In this document: in pieces, positions 62,201 through 64,000 of the stretch
Layout of the letters: each line of letters opens with the position of its first letter
Position numbering within the stretch: position 1 is the stretch's first letter
Assembly (NCBI RefSeq): GCF_000143415.4
Contig: NW_003314360.1
Location: 166,284-230,283 of the forward strand
Length of the DNA stretch: 64,000 nt
Source of the DNA: Selaginella moellendorffii
Lineage: Eukaryota > Plantae > Lycopodiophyta
Reading direction: 5' to 3'
Program-made: the position numbers and the translations under genes
Notes under the pieces: model-generated
What the model was told of the DNA's origin: nothing
Seen by the model: only the letters and a program-made list of their open reading frames with translations
The model's database searches: none

Positions 62201-63327
62201 GCAAACCTATTAAGGTGCCGAGGTTAGATCACTAGGTGATCTTATGGATAAAACAAGGATAAAGTCCTTGTGAGGTTAAGGGATAAAGTTCCAAGTTTAA
62301 AGTGTTGATTGGAACTATTGATGATGGTGTGGCTTGGTCAAGGTGACCAAGTGGGAAGGACACCTAAGGGAAATGAAATATGTCAATGCAATGACATAGT
62401 GAGTTCGAGGAAAGTAGTCTCTATAAAAGACCCATGGGAGGGTCACAAAGTTAAACCATGGATAGACCCCATAGCAGAAGATGCTAAAGAAACGTACTAG
62501 GGGTGAACACCCTCCGGACTTGGCAAAGGAGAGTCTTTGCTATGAAACCGAAAAGATACCTCGAAAATGGAGGTAGCAATCCTATGTTGCTGGGTGCAAA
62601 AATCAAAGATAGGAGCAAAAGACTAATGGCTAAGTAAAGAGCCATGGGAATCATGGGAAAGAATCCAAATGGCAAAGTTAGGCCAAGAACACTAAAGTGT
62701 TGGGTGCTAACGGATTGTGGGAAAGGCAATGTGTTCCCAAGGATGGATTCCCAATTGTTTCAATGTGGTGAAAGTGGAAGCTCCAAGGGTGGGAGCAGTA
62801 AGGTAGCCAAATGATAGGGACGTGGACAGCCCTAGCACAATTATGATAACCGGAACTTAGTGCCAAATGTGGCACGAAATCGAAGAGAGGATGATATTGC
62901 CCTCGAGTAAAGAACTTATTAGGATGAGGAAGTGGAGTTGCACAATATGTGCAATGTAAGGTGTCGGAAACACCTAGGAAATTGACTTCAAGAAGTCAAG
63001 ACCAAAAGTTCCAAAGTGCAATGGCTAGCAGTAGAGATTACTCGAGAATGAGTAGTAGGATTGAGATAGAGAAGGTGTCTTTAACAAGTTTAGTGAGAAC
63101 TAAACCAATAAAAAGAGGAGACCACCACAAGTGGTCGAATGAGTCTTTAAGTTGGAAAGACTATGCCCCTTAGAGGATGGGCAAGGCATGGTGAGCCTTT
63201 AGCATCAAACCATTGATGAATCTTGGTGAGAGGCTAAGGATGGAAAGGGTAATACAAGTTGGTGTTACTTCATAAAATAGTTTATCGTTCGATGAGGACA
63301 TCGAACTTCGTCTATGGGTGGTGGAGT
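59289..63327 (+). mobile_element. Non-coding internal region of LARD-like non-autonomous LTR element
   Basis: PBS at 59292 and PPT-like GGGTGGTGGAG at 63316-63326; no long ORF; conserved with the minus-strand copy. Confidence 0.85.
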
Positions 63328-63630
63328 TGTAAGACACAAAATCCCTAGGCCCCAAAGTGGAGCCAAAAGGGCGCCACGTAGTAGTGGCCGAAGCGAAAGC
63401 CAAACGAGTGTAACACGTTTGGACTAAAAGCTCCAACTTGAAAAAGTCAAGAGTGGGAATGGAACTCCCAACGAAGTGCTCGAGGAACAAGCACGAAGTG
63501 AAAGATAAGTGAGTCTCTAGAAAAGGGACACAAGAGGACCCGAGATGGAGTCCGAGATGGACCCGAGATGGAGTCCGAGATGGACCCAAGATGGAGTCTG
63601 AGATGGACCCAAGATGGAGTCCGAATTCAA
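63328..63630 (+). mobile_element. Truncated 3' LTR of family B
   Basis: TGTAAGACAC start after the PPT; matches 57884 onward; breaks off in the 12-mer array. Confidence 0.85.
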
Positions 63631-64000
63631 GTACGAATAGTGATGACTTTCCTTTCGGCCATTTCTATGTAAACCTTGCAGAATGCATCCCTGGACAATC
63701 TATCGTGCATGAGAAAAGCGTACATGGAATATGAGGAGATTAAGGATGCTAGCCAGTTTCTTAGAAGGATGCCTGAAATGATTCCAGTATAATGCGAGCC
63801 ATGATTTCATTGATGTAGTTACAGTACTCTCAATACCGTACTATTACAAACAACTTATAGAATTTGTTGGCGTGGATGAAAATTTCCATAAAAGTATGGT
63901 GATCCTGCAGCAATTTCAACTGGAAGATGTACAAATAAAATAAAATTTCTTTGCTACTTGTGCTCTTTGAGTTTACACCGAAAACACCAATGGCCCTTGC

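Noticed and set aside
63632-64000. Unique sequence after the truncated LTR
   Set aside because: No recognisable motif or ORF, and it is cut by the window edge.

Overview
Repeat-dense eukaryotic (land plant) DNA with no intact host gene. The very short 40-60 nt GT-AG introns suggest a compact-intron, lycophyte-like genome (inference). It holds a cytochrome P450 pseudogene scrambled by two in-place micro-inversions, followed by a nest of transposable elements. The LTR elements are decayed Ty3/Gypsy remnants, two solo LTRs, a near-complete chromovirus whose integrase appears to contain two spliceosomal introns, and a related non-coding LARD-like family. Two full-length DNA transposons are inserted about 650 bp apart in one LARD copy: a Mutator-like element (22328-31261, 9-bp TSD) and a Sola-like element (31927-44961, probable 4-bp TSD). 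The main candidate for an undescribed system is that both unrelated DNA transposons carry a divergently transcribed cargo gene encoding a ParB/Srx-like domain followed by a beta-class amino-methyltransferase-like fold. Each element also carries its own repeated palindrome: TTGGTTC-N5/6-GAACCAA in the MULE and about 25 copies of ATGGCRTG-N6-CAYGCCAT in the Sola-like element. This suggests a ParB/parS-like self-recognition and epigenetic-marking module. All domain calls come from reading motifs by eye; no database searches were run.
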